DNA of 64,000 nucleotides from NCBI GenBank assembly GCA_038204935.1, contig JBBRCI010000002.1:24888-88887 (forward strand), in the 5' to 3' direction. The stretch is from Sphingobacteriales bacterium. GTDB taxonomy: Bacteria > Bacteroidota > Bacteroidia > Sphingobacteriales > Sphingobacteriaceae. Made by a program: the position numbers and the translations under genes. The notes beneath the pieces are model-generated. The model saw nothing but the letters and a program-made list of their open reading frames with translations, was not told the origin of the DNA and did no database searches. Positions 1 to 10,399 of this stretch are shown piece after piece (within the stretch, counting starts at the first letter, position 1; every line of letters starts with the position of its first letter).

Positions 1-476
1 TTAAAAGTAAAAAAGTAATTATCGCTAGTAATGCATTTACGCCGCAATTATTTCCTGAATTGGATATTACTCCCGGTCGGGGACAAGTTTTAGTAACCGA
101 AGAAATTCCGGATTTAAAAATTAAAGGAACTTTCCATTACAATAAAGGCTATTATTATTTTAGAAATATACATAACCGTATTTTAATCGGCGGGGGCCGG
201 AATATTGATTTTAAAGCTGAAGAAACTATTAAATTAGCAATCACTGAGCCTGTTCAAAATCAATTGGAGAAAATTTTAAAAGAAGTAATTCTACCGGGAC
301 AAAATTTTAAAATAGAACATCGCTGGAGCGGAATTATGGCTTTCGGCGAAAAATTAGAACCCATTATTAAAAAACTTGAACCCAATATTTTTTGCGCAGT
401 AAGATGCAATGGAATGGGCGTTGCTTTGGGAAGTTTAATGGGAGAAAAAGTTTCTGATTTGGTTTTGGAATCATAA
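1..476 (+). CDS. FAD-dependent oxidoreductase (DAO/PuuB-like), 5'-truncated by window edge
   Basis: Frame is open from nt 3 (KSKKVIIASNAFTPQLFPELDITPGRGQVLVT). Motifs GYYYFR, LIGGGR, HRWSGIMAF and CNGMGVALGS fit the C-terminal half of D-amino-acid-oxidase-family enzymes. Confidence 0.75.
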   Translation, partial: KSKKVIIASNAFTPQLFPELDITPGRGQVLVTEEIPDLKIKGTFHYNKGYYYFRNIHNRILIGGGRNIDFKAEETIKLAITEPVQNQLEKILKEVILPGQNFKIEHRWSGIMAFGEKLEPIIKKLEPNIFCAVRCNGMGVALGSLMGEKVSDLVLES

Positions 477-550
477 AATTTCATCTAAATATATTAGTAA
501 TTCTGTTACTAGTATTCATTTTTAATATATTCGTGTTAAATTTTTTAGCA

Positions 551-1918
551 ATGGACATTTCTTTTTTAATATTGATAGTCGCTTTATTTATTGGTGTGAT
601 TTTGTTTTTTGTTTTCAAAAATAATAAGCCTCAAAATTCTTATACCGATGAAGTCCTGAAAAAAGAAAATGAGGATTTAAAGATACAGTTGGCCAGAACT
701 CAAGAACGTGCCCAAAACATTGAGCTTGAAAAAGAAAATATAACCAGGCTATTAAAATCAGATCAGGAGAGATTGTTATCTGAGTTACAACAAGAACGTG
801 ACAAGGTAAATATGGCGGAAAAATCTTTAGAGAGTAGCCGCTCTTACTTTAAAGCACAGCAGGAAAAATTGGAAGAATTGCAAAAAGACCGGGATCAGAA
901 TCAGGAAAAATTCAATAAAGATTTTGAAATCATAGCTGCAAAAATACTGGATGAAAAAACGCTGAAATTTACCGAGCAAAACAGAACAAATTTGGATATT
1001 CTTCTCAATCCGTTAAAAGAAAATATTAAAGCATTTGAAGAAAAAGTGGATAAGGTTTATAAAACTGAATCTGATGAGAGGAATATTTTAAAAGGTGTAA
1101 TTACGCAACTGGTTGATTTGAATAAAACCATGAGCGCCGAGACGCAAAATTTAACAAAAGCCTTAAAAGGCGATAATAAGAAGCAAGGAAACTGGGGAGA
1201 AATGATTCTGGAACGCATTTTAGAAAGATCAGGTTTGGTAAAAGATCAGGAATATCGTGTCCAGAGTAGTTTTCAATCTGCAGATGGAAGCCGTTTTCAA
1301 CCCGATGTAATTATAGATCTGCCGGAAGACAAACATTTGGTAATTGATTCAAAAGTTTCATTAATTGCTTATTCCAGGTTAGTCGATTGCGAAGTTGAAG
1401 AAGAAAAAAATACACATATAAAAAATCATATTCAATCGATCAAAAATCATATAAATGAGCTTTCAGCTAAAAATTACAGCGATTTGCACAAAATAAATTC
1501 TCCGGATTTTGTGATGCTTTTTATCCCAATTGAATCGTGTTTTAGTATTGCTGTTCAGCAGGATGCCGAAATTTTTAATTATGCTTGGGACAAACGGGTT
1601 GTAATTGTAAGTCCATCTACCTTGCTGGCTACTTTAAGAACAATTGCAAGCATATGGAAGCAGGAACGCCAAAACAGAAATGTAATGGAAATTGCCCGAT
1701 TAAGCGGACAGATGTATGATAAATTTGTGGGCTTTTTAACAGATATGGATACGATTGGAAAAAATATTAGGCAAAGTCACGAAGCTTATGATAAAGCCTT
1801 AAATAAATTATCCCACGGAAGTGGAAACCTAACCACAACAGCCAGTAAAATCAAAAATTTAGGAGCAAAAGCAAGTAAGCAAATTGATGCTAAATTTCTG
1901 ATAGATCAGGAGAATTAG
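551..1918 (+). CDS. rmuC: DNA recombination protein RmuC
   Basis: N-terminal TM helix, long coiled coil, GNWGE, PDVIIDLP, IDSKVSL and DFVMLFIP motifs. ATG 551 preferred because the ORF-track GTG at 533 overlaps a TATATTCG -7-like box (526-533). Confidence 0.9.
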   Translation: MDISFLILIVALFIGVILFFVFKNNKPQNSYTDEVLKKENEDLKIQLARTQERAQNIELEKENITRLLKSDQERLLSELQQERDKVNMAEKSLESSRSYFKAQQEKLEELQKDRDQNQEKFNKDFEIIAAKILDEKTLKFTEQNRTNLDILLNPLKENIKAFEEKVDKVYKTESDERNILKGVITQLVDLNKTMSAETQNLTKALKGDNKKQGNWGEMILERILERSGLVKDQEYRVQSSFQSADGSRFQPDVIIDLPEDKHLVIDSKVSLIAYSRLVDCEVEEEKNTHIKNHIQSIKNHINELSAKNYSDLHKINSPDFVMLFIPIESCFSIAVQQDAEIFNYAWDKRVVIVSPSTLLATLRTIASIWKQERQNRNVMEIARLSGQMYDKFVGFLTDMDTIGKNIRQSHEAYDKALNKLSHGSGNLTTTASKIKNLGAKASKQIDAKFLIDQEN

Positions 1919-1924
1919 GAGATA

Positions 1925-2974
1925 TTATTCTTCATTAGGTTTTAAAGAATTCCAGCCCTGAGCTGTAATTGGATGAACTTTTCCTGCTTTAGAAACTAAA
2001 TGATATCCTGCGGAAGGTTCTGTAATATGCCCTATGATAGAAATATCGGGGTTATTTTTTACTTTTTCGAAATCCTTCTGATCAATAGTAAATAGTAATT
2101 CATAATCTTCTCCGCCATTTAACGCACAAACAGTTGGATCAATTCCAAAATCTCTGGCCGTATCATAAGTCATCGGATCTATTGGAATTTTTTCTTCGTA
2201 CAAGCTGCAACCTTTATCAGATTGCTTACATAAATGTATAATTTCAGAGGCCAGGCCGTCAGAAATATCTATCATGGACGTTGGCTTTACTTTCATTAAT
2301 TGAAGCGCTTCTACAATGTCTTTTCTTGCTTCAGGCTTTAACTGTCTTTCGACTATGTAATCCTTTCCTTCCAAATCTGGTTGTATTTTTGGATTCTCCA
2401 GGAAAATACTTTTTTCACGTTCCAGTAATTGCAAGCCAATATATGCTCCACCTAAATCTCCTGATACGCATAAAAGATCGCCTTCTTTAGCTCCATCGCG
2501 ATAGCAAATTTGCTTTTCATCAGCATAACCAATGCTAGTTACACTGATAACTAGACCTTGCTTAGAAGCAGAAGTATCTCCGCCAACCAAATCAACATTA
2601 TATTTTTCGCAAGCAATAATAATTCCCTGGTATAATTCTTCTACAGCTTCTAGCGGAAATTTGCTCGAAATACCAATTGAAACAGTAACCTGAGATGCTG
2701 TACCGTTCATGGCATAAATATCACTTAAATTAACCTGAATCGCTTTATAACCCAAGTGCTTTAAGGGCGTATATGCTAAATCGAAATGAATTCCTTCCAG
2801 TAAAAGATCGGTTGAAACCAACGTTTTTTTATTCGCAAAATTTAAAACTGCAGCATCATCTCCAATTCCTTTTACAGATGATTTTTGGGTTAAAGTAATA
2901 TTTTTTGTCAGGTGATTTATTAAACCAAATTCACCTAATTGTTCTATTTCCGTACGGCCTTTATTTTCAAACAT
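1925..2974 (-). CDS. thiL: Thiamine-monophosphate kinase
   Basis: GEFGLI, GIGDDAAV, NLSDIYAMNG, DISDGL and GGEDYELLFT motifs. Confidence 0.95.
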   Translation of the reverse strand: MFENKGRTEIEQLGEFGLINHLTKNITLTQKSSVKGIGDDAAVLNFANKKTLVSTDLLLEGIHFDLAYTPLKHLGYKAIQVNLSDIYAMNGTASQVTVSIGISSKFPLEAVEELYQGIIIACEKYNVDLVGGDTSASKQGLVISVTSIGYADEKQICYRDGAKEGDLLCVSGDLGGAYIGLQLLEREKSIFLENPKIQPDLEGKDYIVERQLKPEARKDIVEALQLMKVKPTSMIDISDGLASEIIHLCKQSDKGCSLYEEKIPIDPMTYDTARDFGIDPTVCALNGGEDYELLFTIDQKDFEKVKNNPDISIIGHITEPSAGYHLVSKAGKVHPITAQGWNSLKPNEE

Positions 2975-2984
2975 TTTATAATTT

Positions 2985-3977
2985 TTATAAACCTAAACTT
3001 GCTGATAATTCCAGCATTCTCTCAATAGGTTTTCTTGCCTTTTCAATCACATCCATCGGTACAGTAACCTCCGGCAATTCATTTTTAAGGCACAAATACA
3101 ATTTTTCAAGCGTGTTACGCTTCATATGCGGACAATCATTGCATGCACAGGCATTATTTGGGGGAGCAGGTATAAAAACCTTATCCGGATTTGCCTTTTC
3201 CATCTGATGAATAATTCCACTTTCTGTGGCAACTATAAATTCCTTAGCAGTATCATTGATTGTATATTTCAATAAACCTGTTGTAGAACCAATATAATCG
3301 GCCATTTTTAACACACTTTCTTCGCATTCCGGATGAGCTATAAACTTCGCTTCTGGATGCCTTTCTTTCAATTTAGTTATCCGCTGCTGCGAAAATATTT
3401 CGTGAACCATGCAGGCTCCATTCCACAATACCAGATCTCTCCCAGTCTTTTTTGCAACGTACGCACCAAGGTTTCTATCCGGACCAAAAATTATCTTTTT
3501 ATCTTTTCCAAGGCTTTCTACAATCTGGACTGCGTTGCTTGATGTACAAACAATATCACTCATAGCTTTAAGCTCGGCTGTACAATTCACATAAGTTATC
3601 ACCATGTGATCAGGATATTTCTCCTTAAATTTAGCAAACAATTTAGGCGGACAACTATCTGATAATGAACAGCCTGCTTTTAAATCAGGTAATAAAACTT
3701 TCTTTTCAGGAGATAGAATTTTGGCTGTTTCGGCCATAAAATGTACTCCTGCAAATACAATAATTTTAGCATCTGTTTTGGCAGCTTCCTGCGATAATCC
3801 CAAACTATCACCAATGTAATCAGCAATATCCTGAATATCCGGTTCCTGGTAATAGTGCGCAAGTACTACAGCATTTTTTTCTTTTTTTAATTTGTTTATT
3901 TCTTCAAACAGATCCAATGTCGGATCGATAGGCTCGTCTATAAAACCTTTAATATTTAATTCTTCGAAGGTATCCAT
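2985..3977 (-). CDS. nadA: Quinolinate synthase A
   Basis: [37 protein letters not shown] and CPHMK (Fe-S cysteines). Start is uncertain (ATG 3977 or 3989). Confidence 0.95.
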   Translation of the reverse strand: MDTFEELNIKGFIDEPIDPTLDLFEEINKLKKEKNAVVLAHYYQEPDIQDIADYIGDSLGLSQEAAKTDAKIIVFAGVHFMAETAKILSPEKKVLLPDLKAGCSLSDSCPPKLFAKFKEKYPDHMVITYVNCTAELKAMSDIVCTSSNAVQIVESLGKDKKIIFGPDRNLGAYVAKKTGRDLVLWNGACMVHEIFSQQRITKLKERHPEAKFIAHPECEESVLKMADYIGSTTGLLKYTINDTAKEFIVATESGIIHQMEKANPDKVFIPAPPNNACACNDCPHMKRNTLEKLYLCLKNELPEVTVPMDVIEKARKPIERMLELSASLGL

Positions 3978-4383
3978 TATCAACGTCATCAATAAATACA
4001 ATTAAATCTTTATATAAGAATCTTATTGTTTATTAGGGTGTTAGTTATGTTAGAAAGTAGGTATACTTTTTATCGCTTAATTTGTTTTTAAATATTTATT
4101 AACAATTTGTAAACAATTATTGGTATTTACTTTATTGATTATCAGGGCTCTTTATTATTCTCTATTTTTTTTCAAATGTTATTTGTGTAATTATTCACAG
4201 ATTTGAAATGTTGATGAAGTACAATATTAAGGCTGATAACTTTTTCAAAAATAAACTAATTAAGGGTCTTGTTAAGAATTTATAACTAAGTTTTCTTTTT
4301 ATTAGATAACTACCAATACAATATTAACATCTTTGGTACGGTTGTTAACAATAGTTTAATATCAGATGTTTTAACTCCTGTTT
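3977..4383. other. Candidate replication origin (oriC) or DnaA-box cluster in the divergent nadA-nadB intergenic region
   Basis: Very AT-rich ~400 bp. Consensus-matching TTATTCACA at 4191-4199 plus related 9-mers TTATTAACA 4096, TTGTAAACA 4107, TCATCAACA(-) 4209, TTCTTAACA(-) 4270, ATATTAACA 4321, TTGTTAACA 4342. parS sites and mnmG lie ~6 kb away. Confidence 0.55.
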
Positions 4384-5970
4384 ATGAAGGATATCGATTT
4401 TTTAATTATAGGTTCAGGAATTGCCGGTTTAAGTTTAGCATTAAAAGCTGCGCAAAATGGTAAGGTTCTGATTGTTACAAAAGCAAATGAAGATGAATCT
4501 AATACAAAATATGCTCAGGGAGGTGTTGCTGTAGTTGTAGATAAAGAAGATTCATTTGCTAAGCATATTGAAGATACATTGATAGCGGGAGATGGTTTAT
4601 GCGATCCTGAAATTGTTAAAATGGTAGTTACCGAAGGTCCTGAAAGAATACAGGAGATCATAAAATACGGTACTCATTTTGATAAAGATAAGAGCGGAAC
4701 TTTTGATTTAGCAAAAGAAGGTGGCCATTCTGAGCATCGTGTATTGCATTATAAAGACATTACGGGTTATGAAATTGAAAGAGCTTTGCTTGAGCAAATT
4801 CATAAAAATCAGAATATTCAAATATTAACACATTATTTCGCTATTGAATTAATTACTCAGCATCATTTGGGTGAGTTTGTTGATAGAAGCTCTGATAATA
4901 TAGTTTGTTATGGTATTTATGCTCTAAATACAATAGATAACACTGTAGAAAAGATTTTGGCAAGGACTACAATTATGGCTTCTGGTGGTGCCGGGCATAT
5001 ATATTCTAATACTACCAATCCGGTTATTGCAACCGGCGATGGAATTGCAATGGTTTATCGTGCTAAAGGAAAAGTTAGAAATATGGAATTTATTCAATTT
5101 CATCCTACTGCTTTGTATAATCCCGGTGAATATCCATCATTTCTGATTTCTGAAGCTGTACGTGGTTTTGGAGGTGTTTTAAAAACTAAAAATGGGAAAG
5201 AGTTCATGCATATGTATGATGAACGATTATCTCTTGCTCCCCGCGATATTGTAGCTCGTGCTATTGATGCGGAAATGAAAAAATCTGGAGATGATTTTGT
5301 TTACTTAGATATCAGGCATCGCTACAAAACAGATATTTTACAACATTTTCCTAATATTTATGATAAGTGTTTAAGCATCGGTTTGGATATGACCAAAGAT
5401 ATGATTCCGGTAACGCCTGCTGCTCATTATATGTGTGGGGGAATTATGGTTGATGAATTTGGTAAGTCCTCAATTTCACGTTTATATGCTTGTGGCGAAT
5501 GTGCTTCTACCGGATTACATGGTGCCAACAGACTGGCTTCAAATTCACTTTTAGAAGCGGCTGTTTTTGCGCATCGAATTTATTTAGATTCCTCAAAATT
5601 GTTTAGTCAATATAGTATTCCTGAGAATATCCCGGAATGGGATGAAACCAATACTCAATTATCTGACGAAGATATTTTAGTAACCCATAATCTCCGTGAA
5701 ACTCAAAAAGTGATGAGTGATTATGTGGGTATAGTTCGTTCCGATTTTCGTTTGGACCGTGCAATGCGCCGTTTGGGTTTGTTGTATGAGGAAACAGAAA
5801 GTTTTTATAAACACACTAAACTATCCTTAAAACTTTGTGAGCTTCGGAATGTGATTCAAAATTCTTTTATAGTAATCAAATCTGCCATTTTACGAAAAGA
5901 AAGCAGAGGTTTGCACTTTACAACTGATTATCCAATACATGAAGAAAATCCGCATGATACGGTTTTCTAG
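4384..5970 (+). CDS. nadB: L-aspartate oxidase
   Basis: GSGIAG FAD motif, YAQGG, EGGHS, EFIQFHPT, SEAVRG, LAPRDIVARAI and GLHGANRLASNSLLE. Confidence 0.97.
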   Translation: MKDIDFLIIGSGIAGLSLALKAAQNGKVLIVTKANEDESNTKYAQGGVAVVVDKEDSFAKHIEDTLIAGDGLCDPEIVKMVVTEGPERIQEIIKYGTHFDKDKSGTFDLAKEGGHSEHRVLHYKDITGYEIERALLEQIHKNQNIQILTHYFAIELITQHHLGEFVDRSSDNIVCYGIYALNTIDNTVEKILARTTIMASGGAGHIYSNTTNPVIATGDGIAMVYRAKGKVRNMEFIQFHPTALYNPGEYPSFLISEAVRGFGGVLKTKNGKEFMHMYDERLSLAPRDIVARAIDAEMKKSGDDFVYLDIRHRYKTDILQHFPNIYDKCLSIGLDMTKDMIPVTPAAHYMCGGIMVDEFGKSSISRLYACGECASTGLHGANRLASNSLLEAAVFAHRIYLDSSKLFSQYSIPENIPEWDETNTQLSDEDILVTHNLRETQKVMSDYVGIVRSDFRLDRAMRRLGLLYEETESFYKHTKLSLKLCELRNVIQNSFIVIKSAILRKESRGLHFTTDYPIHEENPHDTVF

Positions 5971-5986
5971 TAATTATATTTATTAA

Positions 5987-6508
5987 ATGGCTCTCATATT
6001 ACCTGTTAAAGGGAAATCTCCAGTTTGGGGTTCCAATTGTTTTATTGCCGAGAATTCAACAATAGTAGGCGATGTTGTAATGGGAGATAACTGTTCCGTT
6101 TGGTTCAATGCCGTCATCCGCGGAGATGTTAACTATATTAAAATAGGAAATAATACCAATATTCAGGATGGAGTAGTAATTCATTGCACCTATCAAAAGG
6201 CAGGAACAGATATTGGAAATAACGTTTCAATTGGGCACCATGCGCTGGTTCATGGTTGTACATTAAAGGATAAGGTTTTGATAGGTATGGGTGCAATTGT
6301 GATGGATCACGCAATTGTCGAATCTTACTGTATTATAGCAGCCGGTGCTATTGTATTAGAAAATACAATTTGCGAATCCGGTTTCCTGTATGCTGGTATT
6401 CCAGCCAGAAAAATTAAGCCTCTAACCGATCTTCAAAGGCAAATGCTGGATCAATTACCAGATAATTATATCATGTACTCTAAATGGTTTACTGAGGAGG
6501 CGGAATAG
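5987..6508 (+). CDS. Gamma carbonic anhydrase family protein (hexapeptide repeat)
   Basis: IVGDV, VWFNAVIRGD, NIQDG and three His ligands (IHC, GHHALVHG). Confidence 0.9.
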   Translation: MALILPVKGKSPVWGSNCFIAENSTIVGDVVMGDNCSVWFNAVIRGDVNYIKIGNNTNIQDGVVIHCTYQKAGTDIGNNVSIGHHALVHGCTLKDKVLIGMGAIVMDHAIVESYCIIAAGAIVLENTICESGFLYAGIPARKIKPLTDLQRQMLDQLPDNYIMYSKWFTEEAE

Positions 6509-8120
6509 TCATTTTTTCTTCCAGATCCCAGTTTGGCCTTAAAGTCAATATTTTATCAAAATTCCAGATCAATTCTGGTTGTTCCCTGGTCTTAATCCTG
6601 CCGGTATCCCATTTTCCATTCTTATTAATATCATAAACTACCCGTATATGGTATTTTGCGGTTGGATATTTTAAATAATTTAATGCGGTATTTGATTTAA
6701 TTATATCAGTTTTTAAAATGACATCCTGTTCATTTAACCATTGTACAATGTATGATTTACTAGTATCAGGCACAGTTACCTGTATGGCAATATTACCGTA
6801 ATTATCTTCCGAATCGAGCGTAAATAATTTATTGTATAGCTTTGATTTATTTCCATAAATATCTGTGACGGCATTTTCTGATAGTTTAATTTCGTAAGCT
6901 TTTTCTGTCCTCCAGGGGTTTTTTATTATTAATTTTCTTGCTGATGAGGAATCTTTTATCACTTCAAAATTCCTTAATTCAATGGAATCCTGAAGTAATT
7001 TGATTTTACTTTTATCAAATTCTTTAAGCGGAGCCGTAAAGGTTAATTCCAGGTTTTTACCTGGTCTTAGTTTACCTGTCGAAACATTGTCCGTAGATGT
7101 TATGGCCCGGTTGTATGTATCTTTTTTATTCCTGTAAACTATTTGAGTATCTATGCTTTTCCCTTTTTCAGAGAATACTACATTTAATGAATCGAAAGTT
7201 ATTGTTGGAAGCCACAGTAATGCGGAATCTTTTTTTGAACTAAACTCCATTGTTTTGCTGCCATTTAATTCTTTGGTTAATGATAACTCCAGGCCAGGCT
7301 GTATCAGTGGCCTGTTAAAGGCAAATACAATTCTGCCATCATTTTCTATTTTTTTATCTGTTACTCTAAACGATTCTGGCTCCTCTAAAAAAACCTCTAC
7401 TTTAAGATCTGCTATATTTCCCTTTAATGATATGGTATCTTTTACAAAACCTATTTCTTCGGTTGGAGCATTGTAAATTCGATCCCCGTTTTGTTCCTTC
7501 AATGCGTAAAGAAAATAATTTCCTTCTCTTAAATTTTTAAATTGAAAATTTCCGGCCGAATCTGTACTTGTAAAAATATTTGCTCTTTTCTTGCTGAATA
7601 GAGAATCCTGTTTAACAGGCAAAATGAAAACTGTTGCTTCTTTTAAATTTTGTTTGCTGAGTGTGCTTATAACATTCCCTGATATTGTTAATGAATCTAT
7701 CTCATTGCCCGTAGAAAATACATAGGTGTAATTTTTTAAAATGTTATTTTCATTTACATCGCCAATAGCTTTTCCGAAATTAATTGTATAAGTAGTATTT
7801 GAATCTAAGGGCTCCTCAAATTTTATATCTAGTAAACTTTTCTTTGCTTTGAAGGATGGCATGTTATCCAAAGAAGGAGAGATACTTATTTCTGTAAATT
7901 CGCTGTTGAGTTTTACAAATTCATCAAACTGTATTTGAATTTTATTTTCTGAAAAATTCCTGGTTAAATTTTTTGGGGTTTCTTTAATAACTTTTGGCGG
8001 TGTTGTATCTTTTGGACCGCCGCTTGGTTGTTGAATGCTTGCGCAACTGTGAATTACAAAAATACCAAATAGGCAAGCAATAAAATATTGACAAAATTTA
8101 AGATTTCTATTTTTGGCCAT
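6489..8120 (-). CDS. Ig-like (Big_5) domain lipoprotein
   Basis: Lipobox HSC-ASIQQPSGGPKDTTPP, IQFDEFVKL, TTYTINFG and a C-terminal DINKNGKWDTG motif. Confidence 0.8.
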   Translation of the reverse strand: MAKNRNLKFCQYFIACLFGIFVIHSCASIQQPSGGPKDTTPPKVIKETPKNLTRNFSENKIQIQFDEFVKLNSEFTEISISPSLDNMPSFKAKKSLLDIKFEEPLDSNTTYTINFGKAIGDVNENNILKNYTYVFSTGNEIDSLTISGNVISTLSKQNLKEATVFILPVKQDSLFSKKRANIFTSTDSAGNFQFKNLREGNYFLYALKEQNGDRIYNAPTEEIGFVKDTISLKGNIADLKVEVFLEEPESFRVTDKKIENDGRIVFAFNRPLIQPGLELSLTKELNGSKTMEFSSKKDSALLWLPTITFDSLNVVFSEKGKSIDTQIVYRNKKDTYNRAITSTDNVSTGKLRPGKNLELTFTAPLKEFDKSKIKLLQDSIELRNFEVIKDSSSARKLIIKNPWRTEKAYEIKLSENAVTDIYGNKSKLYNKLFTLDSEDNYGNIAIQVTVPDTSKSYIVQWLNEQDVILKTDIIKSNTALNYLKYPTAKYHIRVVYDINKNGKWDTGRIKTREQPELIWNFDKILTLRPNWDLEEKMTIPPPQ

Positions 8121-8253
8121 TTATAAGCGTTTAGACGAATTTTAGGTGTCTGGAAATATATTATTCAAAAAAAATAAAATAGTGGCTTTAAGGTATATAA
8201 TTTAAAGTCATTATTTTACTATTATAAATAATTAATAATCAGTTAGTTATATA

Positions 8254-10116
8254 CTATTTTGACATATGAACCATTAAAACTGAGATATCTGAAGGAGATA
8301 CACCAGAAATCCTTGATGCCTGCCCTAAAGTCCTTGGTTTTATTCTCATTAATTTTTCTCGGGCTTCTTTTGATAATGAAACCATATTTGTATAATTAAA
8401 CTCTGGATTTATTTCATGGTTTTCCATTCGTTTCATCCTGCCAACTATTTCTAATTCTTTTTCAAAATAACTTTCATATTTAACTTTTATTTCAGCTTGC
8501 TCCGCAGTTACAGTATCGTACCTGTTTAATAATTCATCAAACCCGGAATCAACTTTACGTAAGTCAGAAAAAGTTACCTGTGGTCTGGTGATCAATTGAA
8601 ACATTTTTACATTCTGACTAATTGAAGAAGTTTCAAGGTCATTTAACATTTGATTAACCTGAGTTGGAATTGCCGGTTTTTGTTTTAAGTAAGATACGAT
8701 CTCATCTGTGTCTTTAACTTTCTTTTCAACTTTATCCAGCCTTTCTCTTGATATTAGTCCAAGTTCATAGCCAATCGGACTTAAGCGGATATCTGCATTA
8801 TCTTGTCTCAATAAAAGTCGGTGTTCAGCTCTTGAAGTAAACATTCTGTAAGGCTCTTCGGTCCCTTTTGTTACTAAATCATCTATTAAAACGCCAATAT
8901 AAGATTCAGATCTTTTCAGGATCAGCTCATGCTTATCAGTTATCTTCTGATGTGCATTTATACCTGCCATAAATCCCTGGCAAGCGGCCTCTTCATAACC
9001 TGTCGTACCATTTATCTGTCCAGCGAGAAATAGGTTTTTAATCTTTTTTGTTTCAAGAGTTAAATTCAGTTGAGTTGGTGGAAAAAAATCATATTCTATG
9101 GCATAACCCGGGCGAAACATTTTCACATTTTCAAATCCAGGGACGTGAGTCAAAGCTTTATACTGTACATCTTCTGGTAACGAAGTTGAAAAACCGTTTA
9201 CATATATTTCAACAGTATTCCATCCTTCAGGCTCTACAAAAATCTGATGTCTTTCTCTTTCTGCAAATCGGTTTATTTTATCTTCAATAGAAGGACAATA
9301 ACGCGGACCTAAACCTTTGATTCTTCCCGTAAACATTGGAGACTTTTCGAATCCTTCTTTTAAAGTTTCGTGAACAGCCGAGTTCGTATAGGTTATCCAG
9401 CAACATCTTTGTTTCGTTGGGAGTGGAGTGTCAGTAAAAGAAAATCTGCCCGGGTTTTCATCTCCCCATTGCTCTTCCATTTTAGAATAGTCTAAAGATC
9501 TTCCGTCTACGCGGGGAGGAGTTCCAGTTTTCATACGACCGGCTTCCATGCCTAAACTAACTAGCCTTTCTGTTAAACCAGTGGCTGCTTTTTCCCCGGT
9601 TCTTCCTCCTCCAAATTTCTTTTCACCAATATGTATAATCCCGTTTAGAAAAGTTCCATTTGTTAATACTACTGCATCGGCTTCAATTTCTACGCCTAAA
9701 GAAGTTATAACACCACAGACTTTATCGCCTTTTACTATCAGTTCGTTAACTGTGTCTTGCCAGAAATCTACATTGGGAGTTTGTTCTAGTTGCAATCTCC
9801 ATTCTTCTGCAAATCGCATTCGGTCATTTTGAGCTCTTGGGCTCCACATCGCCGGTCCCTTTGATCTGTTAAGCATTCTGAACTGGATGGTGGTTTTATC
9901 GGTAATGATTCCTGAATAACCTCCCATTGCATCAATCTCACGAACTATTTGTCCTTTCGCAACTCCGCCCATGGCCGGGTTGCAGCTCATTTGTGCTATT
10001 GTTCCCATGTTCATGGTAATCAATAATACCTTAGATCCTAAATTTGCAGCAGCCGCTGCTGCTTCGCAACCTGCGTGGCCAGCTCCAACTACTATTATGT
10101 CGTATTTTTTAAACAT
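8254..10116 (-). CDS. mnmG: tRNA uridine-5-carboxymethylaminomethyl modification enzyme MnmG (GidA)
   Basis: [51 protein letters not shown] and YRMFTSRAE. Confidence 0.98.
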   Translation of the reverse strand: MFKKYDIIVVGAGHAGCEAAAAAANLGSKVLLITMNMGTIAQMSCNPAMGGVAKGQIVREIDAMGGYSGIITDKTTIQFRMLNRSKGPAMWSPRAQNDRMRFAEEWRLQLEQTPNVDFWQDTVNELIVKGDKVCGVITSLGVEIEADAVVLTNGTFLNGIIHIGEKKFGGGRTGEKAATGLTERLVSLGMEAGRMKTGTPPRVDGRSLDYSKMEEQWGDENPGRFSFTDTPLPTKQRCCWITYTNSAVHETLKEGFEKSPMFTGRIKGLGPRYCPSIEDKINRFAERERHQIFVEPEGWNTVEIYVNGFSTSLPEDVQYKALTHVPGFENVKMFRPGYAIEYDFFPPTQLNLTLETKKIKNLFLAGQINGTTGYEEAACQGFMAGINAHQKITDKHELILKRSESYIGVLIDDLVTKGTEEPYRMFTSRAEHRLLLRQDNADIRLSPIGYELGLISRERLDKVEKKVKDTDEIVSYLKQKPAIPTQVNQMLNDLETSSISQNVKMFQLITRPQVTFSDLRKVDSGFDELLNRYDTVTAEQAEIKVKYESYFEKELEIVGRMKRMENHEINPEFNYTNMVSLSKEAREKLMRIKPRTLGQASRISGVSPSDISVLMVHMSK

Positions 10117-10124
10117 TTTCTTTG

Positions 10125-10140
10125 TGTTCCACGTGGAACT
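10125..10140. promoter_or_regulatory. parS centromere-like site (variant)
   Basis: TGTTCCACGTGGAACT, a near-perfect parS palindrome immediately upstream of the mnmG start. Confidence 0.85.
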
Positions 10141-10150
10141 TTAATAAACA

Positions 10151-10399
10151 TTATTTTAGTGTTTCACGTGAAACACTTTTGAAAAGCGAAGCAGCCGCCA
10201 CCGTTGCCCATACACCTTCTAATATCACAAAGGGATAAAATTTAATCATGTATGACGATAATCCGCATAATCCGGCCCCCATTATGTTTAAAAGTATATA
10301 TGCTTTATCCTCTGTTTTTAATTTCTTTTTAAGATTTAAAAAGAACGCAATTAGTAACAATGTAACGCCAATAGAAGCAATAATGTCTGAAGTTTTCAT
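10151..10399 (-). CDS. Small integral membrane protein (CBU_0592-like)
   Basis: 82 aa with three hydrophobic segments, GVTLLLIAFFL, YILLNIMGAGL and PFVILEGVWA. Its start overlaps the ABC-F stop (TAATG). Confidence 0.7.
   Translation of the reverse strand: MKTSDIIASIGVTLLLIAFFLNLKKKLKTEDKAYILLNIMGAGLCGLSSYMIKFYPFVILEGVWATVAAASLFKSVSRETLK
10160..10175. promoter_or_regulatory. parS centromere-like site (perfect consensus)
   Basis: TGTTTCACGTGAAACA, extending to a perfect 20-bp palindrome at 10158-10177 inside the 3' end of the small membrane-protein CDS. Confidence 0.92.
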
